Translations under genes and position numbers: made by a program
Part shown: positions 17,117 to 29,792 of the stretch, piece by piece
How the letters are laid out: every line of letters starts with the position of its first letter
Position numbering within the stretch: position 1 is the stretch's first letter
Notes under the pieces: model-generated
Told to the model about the DNA's origin: nothing
Databases searched by the model: none
The model's input: only the letters and a program-made list of their open reading frames with translations
Source of the DNA: Candidatus Susulua stagnicola
Lineage (GTDB): Bacteria > Omnitrophota > Gorgyraeia > Duberdicusellales > 4484-171
NCBI GenBank assembly: GCA_030765735.1
Contig: JAVCBZ010000026.1
Location: forward strand, 1-37,269
Direction of reading: 5' to 3'
Length of the DNA: 37,269 bases

Positions 17117-17144
17117 TTGCAAAGAACTTTTATTGCGGTATAAT
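17117..17144 (+). promoter_or_regulatory. Putative dnaA promoter
   Basis: TTGCAA-16 nt-TATAAT. Confidence 0.55.
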
Positions 17145-17165
17145 TATTTTCACCTCATAGCTAGG

Positions 17166-17194
17166 TGTGAATAACTTGTGAATTTTGTGAACTC
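17166..17194. promoter_or_regulatory. DnaA box cluster in dnaA leader
   Basis: TGTGAATAA (consensus TTATTCACA), TGTGAATTT, TGTGAACTC in tandem. Confidence 0.75.
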
Positions 17195-17203
17195 ATCCTT
17201 ATT

Positions 17204-18538
17204 ATGGCAGAACAAATTTGGCAAACCTGTAAAGAAAAACTTAAGAATACGTTAGGAGATACTTCTTTCGATACTTGGATTGCTCCGTTAAATTTAAAAA
17301 AGATAACCCATTCATCATTAGTCTTAGAAGCGCCAGATAGTTTCTTTAAAGATTGGGTTGAAAGCCGACATCTTCCTCAAATAAAACAATCCTTAAAAGA
17401 CATTACTCAAAGAGATTTTGAAATTACTTTTGATGTAAACCCAACTCTTTTAAAAAGAAAAACTACTAAAATTTTTAAAACAATTCAGAAAAGTTTTCGC
17501 GAAGAGCCTCAAGACTCTTTACGTTTAAATCGTCGTTTTACTTTTGATAATTTTATTGAAGGAGCTTCAAACCGTATGGCTCATGCTGCTTCCTTAGCTG
17601 TTTCCAATGCTCCTGGAAAATCTTATAACCCTCTTTTTATTTATGGAGGAGTAGGCTTAGGGAAAACCCATCTTATGCAAGCAATAGCTCAACATACTCT
17701 TTCTCTTAACAACCAAGCAAAAGTAAAATACACTTCTTCTGAAAAATTCACCAATGAACTTATTTTTTCTATACGCAACCGTTCCACTGAAAAATTTCGC
17801 CAAAAACATAGAGAAATTGATATCCTATTAATTGACGACATTCAGTTTCTTGCTGGTAAAGAAGCTGCTCAAGAAGAATTTTTCCATACCTTTAATGTTT
17901 TATATGATTACCACAAACAAATTATCGTCTCTTCTGATAAACCCCCAAAAGAAATTGCTAAGCTTGAAGAAAGACTTGTTTCTCGATTTAATTGGGGGCT
18001 AGTGGTGGATATCCAGCTTCCTGATTTTGAAACTAGGGTGGCAATCTTACAAAAAAAACTTGAACAAGACCCAATAAAAATAGATTCTGATGTAATTCAC
18101 TTTATCGCTAAAAACATTACTACCAATATTCGAGAATTAGAAGGAGCGTTGGTTAGGATTATTGCTTACTCTCTTATAGAAAACAAACCAATCACCTTAG
18201 AATTAGCCAAAGAAATTTTAAAAGACATGGTAAAAGAGATATATCACCGAATAACTCCGGCTACTATCTTATCAAAAGTTGGTGACTATTTTGGAATACC
18301 AAAAGAAGACTTAAAAAAGAAAAAAAGAACTAAAACCTTAGTTATACCTCGTCAAGTAGGAATGTATTTGATACGAGAACTTACGGATTTGTCTTTACCG
18401 GAGATTGGTAGTTTTTTTGGAGCTAAGCACCATACAACTATTCTTTACGCATGTAAAAAGGTTCGCCACGATTTATTAACAAATATTAAGCTTAGATTAA
18501 TTATTGACACTCTTACACAGGAAATTAAGAACTTATAA
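17204..18538 (+). CDS. dnaA: Chromosomal replication initiator DnaA
   Basis: YNPLFIYGGVGLGKTHL, LLIDDIQF, NIRELEGAL, domain IV SLPEIG..FG.KHHTT. Confidence 0.98.
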   Translation: MAEQIWQTCKEKLKNTLGDTSFDTWIAPLNLKKITHSSLVLEAPDSFFKDWVESRHLPQIKQSLKDITQRDFEITFDVNPTLLKRKTTKIFKTIQKSFREEPQDSLRLNRRFTFDNFIEGASNRMAHAASLAVSNAPGKSYNPLFIYGGVGLGKTHLMQAIAQHTLSLNNQAKVKYTSSEKFTNELIFSIRNRSTEKFRQKHREIDILLIDDIQFLAGKEAAQEEFFHTFNVLYDYHKQIIVSSDKPPKEIAKLEERLVSRFNWGLVVDIQLPDFETRVAILQKKLEQDPIKIDSDVIHFIAKNITTNIRELEGALVRIIAYSLIENKPITLELAKEILKDMVKEIYHRITPATILSKVGDYFGIPKEDLKKKKRTKTLVIPRQVGMYLIRELTDLSLPEIGSFFGAKHHTTILYACKKVRHDLLTNIKLRLIIDTLTQEIKNL

Positions 18539-18593
18539 AGAAGTTTTTAAATAAAATAGTTGTTTTTGTCTTTGGTTTTGATACAATAATCAC

Positions 18594-18634
18594 CTCTTAA
18601 CAGAATTCACAGGGTATACTACTATTACTACTAT
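18594..18634. other. oriC unwinding element: tandem DnaA boxes, G run, DnaA-trios
   Basis: CTCTTAACA GAATTCACA GGG TA TAC TAC TAT TAC TAC TAT between dnaA and dnaN. Confidence 0.8.
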
Positions 18635-19730
18635 GAAATTTATTATTAATAAAGATATATTAGTAGAGAACTTACAAAAAGTGTTGGGACCGACAACAAC
18701 CAAACAAAACTTCCCTATGCTCAGTAGTGTTTTGTTAACTACTACAGAAAACAATTTAAAACTTACAACTACTGATTTAGATATAAGCATAATATCTCTA
18801 CAGGAGCTTGAGAAAACAGAAAGTGGAGAAATAGCTATTCCAATGAAAAAGTTTTTTTCAATCATTCGGGAGCTTCCACCAGAAAAAATTACTGTCGAGA
18901 CAATCAAGAATCACCTCTTAATAAGATGTGAAAAAGTTGAGTTTAAGGTGAGCACATTAAATCCTGAGGAATTCCCTCAAATTCAGGAGAAAGGGGGAGT
19001 ATCTTTAATAAAGATTGATCCTCAAGAATTAGGAGCAATGATCAGATTAACTTCTTTTTGTGTTGGGCACGAAGACTCTAATTATGTATTAGGAGGGATT
19101 TTATTTGAAATAGAGGAAAATATAATCAAGTTAATCTCTACTGATGGCAAAAGGTTATCCTTTGTACAAAGAAAGCTACCCTCTAAACAACCAGAGATAA
19201 CCTCAAAAATATCTTTTATTTTACCAATTAAAGCGGTAAATGAACTCCAGAAATTAATAAAAGATAAAATTGGAGAAGTGTATTTGTCTGTAGAAGATAA
19301 TAGAGTTGGTTTTGACTTTAAAGATACTCATTTTATTGCCCGCCCAATAGAAGGGGAGTTCCCTGACTATGAGCAATATATTCCTAAAGAAGGGAGAGAT
19401 AAACTTGTAGTTGAACGAAAAAAAATGCTCTTTGCTTTAAAGAGAGCTAGTTTGCTTTCTACAACAGACCATCTGGGAGTAAAGATGGAGTTAAAAAAAG
19501 ATCATTTGAATATTTACAAAAATACCCCCCAGTTAGGTGAGGTAAGAGAGAGAGTGGATGTAAAATATAGTGGGTCACATTTGGAGATAGGTTTTAATCC
19601 AAGTTATCTAATAGATGTGCTTAAGAATTTAAGCGATGAAGAAGTTTGTATTGATTTTTTCGGTTCTGACAAACCAGCTGTTTTGAGAAAGGAAGATTAT
19701 ATATATCTTCTTCTTCCAATGAAATCTTAA
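18633..19730 (+). CDS. dnaN: DNA polymerase III beta clamp
   Basis: TTDLDI, STDGKRL, IEGEFPDY, IGFNPSYLID, YLLLPM. Confidence 0.97.
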   Translation: MKFIINKDILVENLQKVLGPTTTKQNFPMLSSVLLTTTENNLKLTTTDLDISIISLQELEKTESGEIAIPMKKFFSIIRELPPEKITVETIKNHLLIRCEKVEFKVSTLNPEEFPQIQEKGGVSLIKIDPQELGAMIRLTSFCVGHEDSNYVLGGILFEIEENIIKLISTDGKRLSFVQRKLPSKQPEITSKISFILPIKAVNELQKLIKDKIGEVYLSVEDNRVGFDFKDTHFIARPIEGEFPDYEQYIPKEGRDKLVVERKKMLFALKRASLLSTTDHLGVKMELKKDHLNIYKNTPQLGEVRERVDVKYSGSHLEIGFNPSYLIDVLKNLSDEEVCIDFFGSDKPAVLRKEDYIYLLLPMKS

Positions 19731-19736
19731 TTTATT

Positions 19737-22366
<2,630 letters not shown>

Positions 22367-22369
22367 AAA

Positions 22370-24808
22370 ATGAGTGAAGAAAATACAGGAAAGATAGTAG
22401 ACAGATATTTAGAAGAGGAGATGAAGGAGTCTTATCTTTCTTATGCTATGAGTGTAATCGTGGGGAGAGCTTTGCCTGATGTTAGAGATGGGTTAAAACC
22501 AGTACAAAGAAGAATACTTTATGCAATGCATGATCTGCACTTACGATTCAGTCAGCCTCATAAAAAATGCGCAAGAATAGTTGGTGAATGTTTAGGTAAG
22601 TATCATCCTCATGGTGATAGCGCGGTTTATGAAGCTTTGGTTAGAATGGCTCAGGATTTTTCTTTGCGCTATCCATTAATAAATGGACAAGGTAATTTTG
22701 GATCAATTGATGGTGATCCTCCAGCAGCTATGCGTTATTCTGAAGCCAGAATGGCAAAAATAAGCGAGTGTATATTACAGGATATTGAAAAAAAGACTGT
22801 TAACTTTTTTCCTAATTTTGATAATTCTTTAACTGAACCAGAAGTCCTACCTTCTATATTACCAAACATGATGCTTAATGGAGCAAGTGGTATTGCAGTT
22901 GGTATGGCTACAAATATTCCACCACATAATCTTGAGGAAGTTTGCAATGCTTTAGAGTATTTGATAGATCACCCTGAAGCTGAAGTCAAGGATCTCTACA
23001 AATTTGTTCACGGTCCTGATTTTCCTACTGGAGGAACTATTTGCGGAAAAAGCGATATTCTCAACATGTATAAAAATGGGAGAGGTAAACTTACAGTAAG
23101 AGCTAAGGCTAGGATTGAACATGATAAAAATAAAGAAAAAATAATTATTAGTGAGATCCCTTATCAATTAAACAAAACAACTCTTTTGGAACAGATAGTT
23201 AAATTAGTTAACGATAAGAGAATAGAAGGAATTTCTGATTTGAGAGACGAATCGGACAAAGAAGGAATAAGGGTTGTTATTGAGATGAAGAGAGATGCCC
23301 AAGCTGATGTAGTTTTAAATCGGCTTTATAAACATACTAGTATGGAGACTACTTTTGGAGCTATTTTTCTTTGTCTAGTTAACAGGAAACCGCAAACTCT
23401 GAATTTAAAAGAGATGCTATCCCATCATGTCCATTTTCGTAAAGAAGTTATTGTGAAAAGAGCTCGGTTTGAATTAAATAAGGCTGAGCGTAGAGCTCAT
23501 ATACTAGAAGGTTTAGAAATAGCTCTTAAGTTTTTGGATCAGGTAGTAGAGACAATAAAAAAATCTAAAAATCCTCCTGAAGCTAAAGAAGCACTAATAA
23601 AGAAATTTAAATTAAGTGAGATTCAAGCTCAAGCTATTCTTGAAATGCAATTGCAAAGGCTTTGTGCTTTAGAAAGGAAAAAAATAGAAGAAGAATATTC
23701 AGGACTTCTTAAACAAATAGAATATTTAAAAGGAATATTAGCTTCTGAAAAAAAACAAGAGGCTTTAATAAAAGAAGAACTTAAAGAGATAAAAGAAAAA
23801 TTTTCTGATAAAAGACGTACCAATATTGTGACTCAAAAAGAAGAAATCGAAGTCGAAGATTTAATAATAGAGGAAGACATGGTTATCAGCATCACTGGTT
23901 CGGGTTATATTAAAAGTCTGCCGATCACTACTTACCGTCAACAGAAAAGAGGGGGTAGAGGAGTAACTGCTATGGGCACTTCTGATGCTGATTTTGTTGA
24001 ACAGCTATTCGTAGCTTCAAGCAAGGATATCCTTTTGTTTTTTACTAATCAAGGCAAGGTTTACCCTTTAAAGACTTATGAGGTACCTACTGGTTCAAGG
24101 ACTTCTAAAGGTAGGGCGATAGTTAATGTCTTGAGCCTATCAAATAAAGAAAAAATAACCACAGTTCTTTCAGTTGATAAATTTGATCAAAATAAATTCA
24201 TTTTTATGGCTACTCAACAGGGTATGGTTAAAAGAACCTCTTTAAGTTTATTTTCTAATCTTCGTAAAAATGGGATATGTGCGATTAGCTTGGCTAAGGG
24301 GGATAATCTTATAGGGGCAGTTATTAGTGGAGACGAAGAAGTTATCTTAGCTACCCGGAAAGGACTTTCAATAAAATTTAAGAATGGTGATATAAGGCCA
24401 ACTGGAAGGCAATCACAAGGAGTTAGAGGGATAAGATTGGGGAAGGATGATATAGCCTTAGAAATGGTTTTAGTAAAAGAATCTTTAAAAAAAGAAAATG
24501 CTTACCTTCTAACTGCTACTGAAAATGGATTTGCTAAAAGAACCCTTATTCCAGAGTATCGACTTCAGTCTCGAGGCGGCAAGGGTGTAATAAATATAAA
24601 GTTATCACCAAAGATTGGTGAAGTTAAAGCTTTAATTTTAGTAAGGCCTGATGATGAAGTTATGTGTATTACTCAAAAAGGTATCTTAATCAGAGCAAAG
24701 GTTCAAAGTATTCGAGTGTCAGGTCGTTCTACTCAAGGAGTAAAAATAATCAATCTTGAAAAAGGGGATAAGCTTTCCACTATAGCCCGTATTGTTCCTG
24801 AAGAATAA
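22370..24808 (+). CDS. gyrA: DNA gyrase subunit A
   Basis: [24 protein letters not shown], GyrA box QKRGGRG. Confidence 0.98.
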   Translation: MSEENTGKIVDRYLEEEMKESYLSYAMSVIVGRALPDVRDGLKPVQRRILYAMHDLHLRFSQPHKKCARIVGECLGKYHPHGDSAVYEALVRMAQDFSLRYPLINGQGNFGSIDGDPPAAMRYSEARMAKISECILQDIEKKTVNFFPNFDNSLTEPEVLPSILPNMMLNGASGIAVGMATNIPPHNLEEVCNALEYLIDHPEAEVKDLYKFVHGPDFPTGGTICGKSDILNMYKNGRGKLTVRAKARIEHDKNKEKIIISEIPYQLNKTTLLEQIVKLVNDKRIEGISDLRDESDKEGIRVVIEMKRDAQADVVLNRLYKHTSMETTFGAIFLCLVNRKPQTLNLKEMLSHHVHFRKEVIVKRARFELNKAERRAHILEGLEIALKFLDQVVETIKKSKNPPEAKEALIKKFKLSEIQAQAILEMQLQRLCALERKKIEEEYSGLLKQIEYLKGILASEKKQEALIKEELKEIKEKFSDKRRTNIVTQKEEIEVEDLIIEEDMVISITGSGYIKSLPITTYRQQKRGGRGVTAMGTSDADFVEQLFVASSKDILLFFTNQGKVYPLKTYEVPTGSRTSKGRAIVNVLSLSNKEKITTVLSVDKFDQNKFIFMATQQGMVKRTSLSLFSNLRKNGICAISLAKGDNLIGAVISGDEEVILATRKGLSIKFKNGDIRPTGRQSQGVRGIRLGKDDIALEMVLVKESLKKENAYLLTATENGFAKRTLIPEYRLQSRGGKGVINIKLSPKIGEVKALILVRPDDEVMCITQKGILIRAKVQSIRVSGRSTQGVKIINLEKGDKLSTIARIVPEE

Positions 24809-24863
24809 GAAACAATTCATGATTTGCTGGCTGCAGATATAAATTAGTTATTTAGAAAGTTTA

Positions 24864-24899
24864 TTGACCCCATTAGAGAACTTTCTCTAATGGGGTTGA
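24864..24899. repeat. Miniature palindromic element with TTGA direct-repeat flanks (may also act as gyrA terminator)
   Basis: TTGA CCCCATTAGAGAA CT TTCTCTAATGGGG TTGA. Confidence 0.75.
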
Positions 24900-24935
24900 C
24901 AAATTAACTTTATAACTTAAAATAGAAACACTTTC

Positions 24936-25010
24936 GACCCCATCGTCTAGCCTGGTTCAGGACATCGCCCTTTCACGGCGACGGCGCCGGTTCAAATCCG
25001 GCTGGGGTCG
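24936..25010 (+). tRNA. tRNA-Glu(TTC)
   Basis: GACCCCA/TGGGGTC acceptor, TCGCC-CTTTCAC-GGCGA; promoter TTGACA(24896)-16-TAAAAT; no encoded CCA. Confidence 0.95.
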
Positions 25011-25037
25011 TTTTTTATTTTTATAAGCAAATAAAAG

Positions 25038-25511
25038 ATGCAAGAGACGAAAAAGAAAAAACCTTTAGGTTTGTTAATTTTAGGAGGACTTAATTTTATA
25101 ATATTAGGGGTTTTTTCCTTAGGTTTTTTTTCTATTGTTTATATGAACCCTTCTTCAGAAATTAGCAAAACTCTGCTAACTGAGTTTAGCAAACATGTGC
25201 CAGATCAAACTTTAAGTATAGAACAATTTAAGACAATAATTTTATCTCAAATAATTTTAGCTATTGTATTTTTAATTTCAGGCCGGGGGGTTCTTAGTCA
25301 AAAAGAATGGGGCCGTCGCTTAACTCTTTATTTTTCTTTCTTTATGGTTATCTTAGCTGCAGTGTCAGTTATATTTCAACCAGCATCAATTAACAGTGCT
25401 TTTCTGCATATAGTATATCCAGGGATACTTATTATTTATTTTACTAATAAGAAGATTGAAAAAATATTTGTTTTTTCTCAAGAAAAAGACGAAATAGGAG
25501 AGAAAGAATAA
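25038..25511 (+). CDS. Hypothetical membrane protein (~4 TM helices)
   Basis: Four hydrophobic segments; stop overlaps glmS start. Confidence 0.75.
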   Translation: MQETKKKKPLGLLILGGLNFIILGVFSLGFFSIVYMNPSSEISKTLLTEFSKHVPDQTLSIEQFKTIILSQIILAIVFLISGRGVLSQKEWGRRLTLYFSFFMVILAAVSVIFQPASINSAFLHIVYPGILIIYFTNKKIEKIFVFSQEKDEIGEKE

Positions 25512-27340
25512 TGTGTGGGATTTTTGGTTATGTAGGGGAAGGAGCTTCTTTTTCTTCGTTGATCGAGGGACTAGAAAAGTTAGAATACAGAGGTTATGAT
25601 TCTTGTGGTGTAGCTGCAATAGATAATCAAAAACTTTTTCTACAGAAAAGATCTGGCAAAATTCAAAAGTTAAAAGAAAAGTTAGAAGATAAGCTCGACA
25701 AGAAAACCTCTCTTTGTATTTTACATACTCGCTGGGCAACTCATGGTAGACCAAATAAAATTAATGCTCACCCTCATTTAGATCGTAAAAAGAAAATTGC
25801 TCTTGTCCATAATGGGATTATTGAAAATTTTCTTCCTTTGAAAAATCAATTAATTAAAGAAGGTTATACATTTGTCACTGAAACTGATACTGAGGTTATA
25901 GTTTGTTTAATTGAAAAATTTTATAAAAAATCTCTTGAAGCAGGCGTTATTAAGGCAATAAGCAAATTAAAAGGATCATTTGCTTTAGGAGTGATATCTA
26001 TTGACCAACCCGATAGGGTTATTGCTGTTAGGAAAGACAGCCCTTTAATTATTGGCTTAGGTAAAGAAGGAAATTTTTTAGCCTCAGATGTGCCAGCTTT
26101 ACTTTCTTTTACTAAGAAAGCAATTTATTTAAAAGATCAAGAACTAGCAATTTTAGAGAAAAAAACAGTTAGAGTCTTTAATTTTCAGAAAAAAAAGATA
26201 AAGTTAAAAATAGAAGACATTAAAATTAAAAATGAAGAAGCAGAAAAAAAAGGGTATGAGCATTTTATGCTTAAAGAGATTTTTGAGCAGCCGACAGTTT
26301 TGCGCAAAATTTTGTCATCATATTGTAAAGGAAAAAAAATACATTTCCCGAACTTTGAAGATTTTGATAAATATCTAAGGAAAACCAAGAAGATTTTTAT
26401 AACTGCTTGCGGTACGGCTTATCATGCTGGTTATGTAGCTAAATATTTTCTTGAAAAATATTGTAATATTGATGTTGAAATAGACACTTCTTCAGAATTT
26501 CGCTATCGGAAGATTAAACTAAGAAAAGGAGATTTGCTTTTAGCTATTTCACAATCTGGAGAGACAGCAGATACCTTGGCTGCAGTAAGAGAGGCTAAGA
26601 AATGTGGAGTAAAAGTTTTAAGTATTTGCAATGTTTTAGGTTCAAGCTTAGTTAAAGAGAGCGATACAATTATCTTTACTTTAGCTGGTCCTGAAATTGG
26701 TGTTGCTTCAACTAAAGCCTATATAGCTCAGGTTTTTTGTCTTTATCTATTCTCTCTTTATTTAGCTAAGCTCAAAAATGTAACAAAGGATAGAAAAATA
26801 CAAGAGATTTTAAGTGGTCTAAAAAAAACACCGCATTATTTGCAAGAAATTTTAAATGACAGTTCAAAGATTAAAAGGATTGCTAATAAATTTTCTAAAT
26901 TTGGCTCATTTCTATTTTTAGGTCGAGGGATAAATTACCCCTCAGCTTTAGAAGGAGCTTTGAAATTGAAAGAGATTTCTTATATTCCTGCTGAAGGTTA
27001 TCCAGCTGGAGAGATGAAACATGGGCCGATTGCTTTAATTGATGAGTATCGAGCTGTTGTCTGTATTGCTCCTAGAGATAACCTTTATGAGAAGATGGTA
27101 GGCAACATGCAGGAGGTCAAAGCAAGGAAGGGAAAAATTTTAACAATTTTAAATAGCGAAGACAAAGAGGCTAGTACTCTAAGCCGACAAATAATATATA
27201 TACCTAAAATAAAAAATCAAAGTCTAAGCCCTTTTTTAGTGGCAGTAAGTTTGCAATTGTTTGCTTACTATGTGGCCAAGAATAGAGGGTGTGAAATTGA
27301 CCAACCAAGGAATCTTGCAAAATCAGTTACTGTGGAATAG
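25511..27340 (+). CDS. glmS: Glutamine--fructose-6-phosphate aminotransferase
   Basis: MCGIFG, LEYRGYDS, HTRWATHG, SQSGETADT, PRNLAKSVTVE. Confidence 0.98.
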   Translation: MCGIFGYVGEGASFSSLIEGLEKLEYRGYDSCGVAAIDNQKLFLQKRSGKIQKLKEKLEDKLDKKTSLCILHTRWATHGRPNKINAHPHLDRKKKIALVHNGIIENFLPLKNQLIKEGYTFVTETDTEVIVCLIEKFYKKSLEAGVIKAISKLKGSFALGVISIDQPDRVIAVRKDSPLIIGLGKEGNFLASDVPALLSFTKKAIYLKDQELAILEKKTVRVFNFQKKKIKLKIEDIKIKNEEAEKKGYEHFMLKEIFEQPTVLRKILSSYCKGKKIHFPNFEDFDKYLRKTKKIFITACGTAYHAGYVAKYFLEKYCNIDVEIDTSSEFRYRKIKLRKGDLLLAISQSGETADTLAAVREAKKCGVKVLSICNVLGSSLVKESDTIIFTLAGPEIGVASTKAYIAQVFCLYLFSLYLAKLKNVTKDRKIQEILSGLKKTPHYLQEILNDSSKIKRIANKFSKFGSFLFLGRGINYPSALEGALKLKEISYIPAEGYPAGEMKHGPIALIDEYRAVVCIAPRDNLYEKMVGNMQEVKARKGKILTILNSEDKEASTLSRQIIYIPKIKNQSLSPFLVAVSLQLFAYYVAKNRGCEIDQPRNLAKSVTVE

Positions 27341-27355
27341 TAATCGTAAAACAAA

Positions 27356-28126
27356 ATGTTATACATAGTTGCGACTCCAATTGGAAATTTAGAAGACATA
27401 ACTTTAAGAGCTATTCGTGTTTTAGCAGAAGTGGATCTTGTTTTAGCTGAAGATACTCGTAAAACTGGAATGCTTTTAAAGAGGCTAAATATAAACCCCG
27501 TTAAAAGTGCCGAGCTTAAAGAAAAAAAAGGTAATACTTCTAACGGGGTGAAAAAAGAATTATTTAGTTTTTATGAGCACAACGAGACAAGAAAAATGCC
27601 TTTGGTCCTTGAAGAGCTGAGGAAAGGAAGAGACGTTGCGATGGTTTCAAGCGCAGGCACACCAACCATATCAGATCCAGGGTATAAGTTAATAAAAGCT
27701 TGTAGGGAAGAAGGCATCCCAGTTACTTCTTTGCCTGGCCCAAGTAGTATTATTAATTGTTTAGCTTTGTCTTCAATATCTCACGATAAGTTTGTTTTTT
27801 TAGGATACATGCCACGAAAAAAAAGTGCTCAGAAAAAGTTGTTAGAAGAAACAAAAGAATGGGGCATTAATTTAGTGTTTTTTGAATCTCCCTATAGAAT
27901 AATAAAATCATTAAAGTTGATAAAAGAGATTTTAGGAGAAACTAGGGTGGTTATTGGCAGAGAAATGACTAAAAAGTTTGAAGAGGTCCTAGAAGTTGGG
28001 GTAAGTGAAGCTATAGAGCACTTTAGCAGAAAAGCGCCTAAGGGTGAGTTTGTCTTGGTTATAGACAATAGAAAAGCTAAAGAAGCAAGAAAAGCTAAAG
28101 AAGCAAGAAAAGCATTAAAAGATTAA
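27356..28126 (+). CDS. rsmI: 16S rRNA C1402 2'-O-methyltransferase
   Basis: LYIVATPIGNLEDIT, AEDTR, AGTPTISDPG, FESPYR, REMTKKFEE. Confidence 0.95.
   Translation: MLYIVATPIGNLEDITLRAIRVLAEVDLVLAEDTRKTGMLLKRLNINPVKSAELKEKKGNTSNGVKKELFSFYEHNETRKMPLVLEELRKGRDVAMVSSAGTPTISDPGYKLIKACREEGIPVTSLPGPSSIINCLALSSISHDKFVFLGYMPRKKSAQKKLLEETKEWGINLVFFESPYRIIKSLKLIKEILGETRVVIGREMTKKFEEVLEVGVSEAIEHFSRKAPKGEFVLVIDNRKAKEARKAKEARKALKD
27492..27552. repeat. Palindromic element inserted in frame in rsmI
   Basis: TAAA CCCCGTTAAAAGT...ACTTCTAACGGGG TGAA; encodes extra NPVKSAELKEKKGNTSNGV. Confidence 0.8.
28070..28113 (+). repeat. 18-bp tandem repeat (2.4 copies) in rsmI 3' end
   Basis: AGAAAAGCTAAAGAAGCA x2 + AGAAAAGC = RKAKEA RKAKEA RKA. 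Confidence 0.9.
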
Positions 28127-28198
28127 GCCAATATAGAGATTTTTGGCCTATGAGATTTTTCTTGACAAAGCACTGAGGATAAGGTATATATTATGTAG

Positions 28199-28229
28199 CC
28201 TTTAATTTGGTCCGGTGAGGCCAGCAAGG
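28199..28229 (+). promoter_or_regulatory. PyrR-binding RNA loop
   Basis: CCTTTAA...GGTCCGGTGAGGCC...AAGG matches UUUAA and RUCCNGNGAGGY consensus; TTGACA at 28162 upstream. Confidence 0.85.
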
Positions 28230-28267
28230 ACATATTATGAGAAAGTTTAAAGAATCTCAAAAAGTGG

Positions 28268-28300
28268 GCCGTTTTAGTATAAAGCTGAAACGGTTTTTTT
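28268..28300 (+). terminator. pyr attenuator terminator
   Basis: GCCGTTTTAG/CTGAAACGGT stem followed by T run, just before pyrR ATG. Confidence 0.8.
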
Positions 28301-28306
28301 ATTTTT

Positions 28307-28858
28307 ATGAGTAATAAAAAGGAAATAAAGAAAATACTTTCAAAAGACGATATCAAAAGAACTCTTTATCGTCTAGCTCACCAAATAGTAGAAAAAAGTT
28401 CTTCTTCTGAGGAGATAGCTCTTGTTGGTATCCAGACTCGAGGAGTATATCTAGCCCGTAGAATTCAATCAATAATAAAAGAAATAGAGGGTAAAGACGT
28501 TCCTTTGGGGGTGTTAGATATTACTCTTTATCGAGACGATTTAACTGTTCTTGGGCCTAAGCCAATAGTTAAAGAGACTAAACTTGCTTTTGATTTAAGC
28601 GATAAGGTAGTAATCCTTGTCGATGATGTCCTCTATACTGGTAGAACTGTAAGAGCAGCTTTGAATGAGATTATGGATTTTGGTAGACCAAAAAGAGTAG
28701 AATTTTTGGTTTTAGTGGACAGAGGGTTCAGGGAATTACCGATAAGGGCTGATTATGTAGGTAAAAATATTCCTACTTCACGCCAAGAAGTTGTTGAAGT
28801 TAATTTAGAAGAAAGTGATTGCAACGATGAGGTAGTAGTAATTAAGAACATGGACTAA
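28307..28858 (+). CDS. pyrR: Pyrimidine regulatory protein/UPRTase PyrR
   Basis: GIQTRG, LDITLYRDD, VILVDDVLYTGRT, DRGFRELPIRADYVGK. Confidence 0.97.
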   Translation: MSNKKEIKKILSKDDIKRTLYRLAHQIVEKSSSSEEIALVGIQTRGVYLARRIQSIIKEIEGKDVPLGVLDITLYRDDLTVLGPKPIVKETKLAFDLSDKVVILVDDVLYTGRTVRAALNEIMDFGRPKRVEFLVLVDRGFRELPIRADYVGKNIPTSRQEVVEVNLEESDCNDEVVVIKNMD

Positions 28859-28859
28859 T

Positions 28860-29792
28860 ATGGAAGAGTGGCAGAAAAAACATATTTTAGGAATAAAAGA
28901 CTTTAGCCGTCAAGAGATTGAAACTGTGCTTTCTTTGGCAGATTCTTTTAAAGAAATTTCTGAAAGAGAGGTTAAAAAAGTTCCGGCCTTGCGCGGTAAG
29001 ACAATCGTTAATTTGTTTTTTGAGTACTCTACTAGAACTAGGACATCCTTTGAACTAGCCGCAAAACGTTTAAGCGCTGATGTGGTAAATTTTTCATTTT
29101 CTACTAGTAGTTTAACTAAAGGTGAGACCATAGTTGATACTATAAAAAATTTAGAAGCCTACCATCCTGACATAATGATAATGAGAATAGGTGTGGGGGC
29201 TTGTTTAAAGTCTTTTTCCCAATATACACAAGCCTCTCTTATAAATGCTGGAGATGGGAACAATGAACATCCTACTCAAGCCCTGTTAGACATGTTTACT
29301 GTAAAAGAAATTAAGGGAACTTTAGAAAATCTAAATGTTTTAATAGTTGGAGATATAGCCCATTCTCGAGTGGCTCGTTCAAATATTTTTGGATTTCAAA
29401 AATTTTCTTCTAATATTACTGTTTGCGGTCCAACCTCACTTATTCCTTACGAATTTGAAAAAATTGGTGTTAAAGTATCTAATGATTTTGATAAAGAAAT
29501 TGAGTCAGCTGACATCATTATGATGCTTAGGATTCAGAAAGAGAGACAAGGAGCCACCTTTTTTCCTACTTTAAGAGAATATGTTGATAGGTTTAGTTTG
29601 ACACCTCAGAGATTAAAAAAAGCTAAGAAAGATTCTTTAGTTATGCATCCTGGGCCAGTAAATTGGGATGTTGAGATAAGTTCTTCATTAAAGGAAAAAG
29701 TGCATCCTTTAATATTAAAACAGGCTGAAAATGGTTTAGCCATAAGGATGGCGGCCTTATATTTAGTAGGAACAAAAAAAAGAGAAATATGA
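28860..29792 (+). CDS. pyrB: Aspartate carbamoyltransferase
   Basis: STRTRTSFE, INAGDG..EHPTQALLD, MHPGP. Confidence 0.97.
   Translation: MEEWQKKHILGIKDFSRQEIETVLSLADSFKEISEREVKKVPALRGKTIVNLFFEYSTRTRTSFELAAKRLSADVVNFSFSTSSLTKGETIVDTIKNLEAYHPDIMIMRIGVGACLKSFSQYTQASLINAGDGNNEHPTQALLDMFTVKEIKGTLENLNVLIVGDIAHSRVARSNIFGFQKFSSNITVCGPTSLIPYEFEKIGVKVSNDFDKEIESADIIMMLRIQKERQGATFFPTLREYVDRFSLTPQRLKKAKKDSLVMHPGPVNWDVEISSSLKEKVHPLILKQAENGLAIRMAALYLVGTKKREI

Noticed and set aside
25011-25511. glmS ribozyme upstream of glmS
   Set aside because: The upstream gene overlaps the glmS start; no leader space
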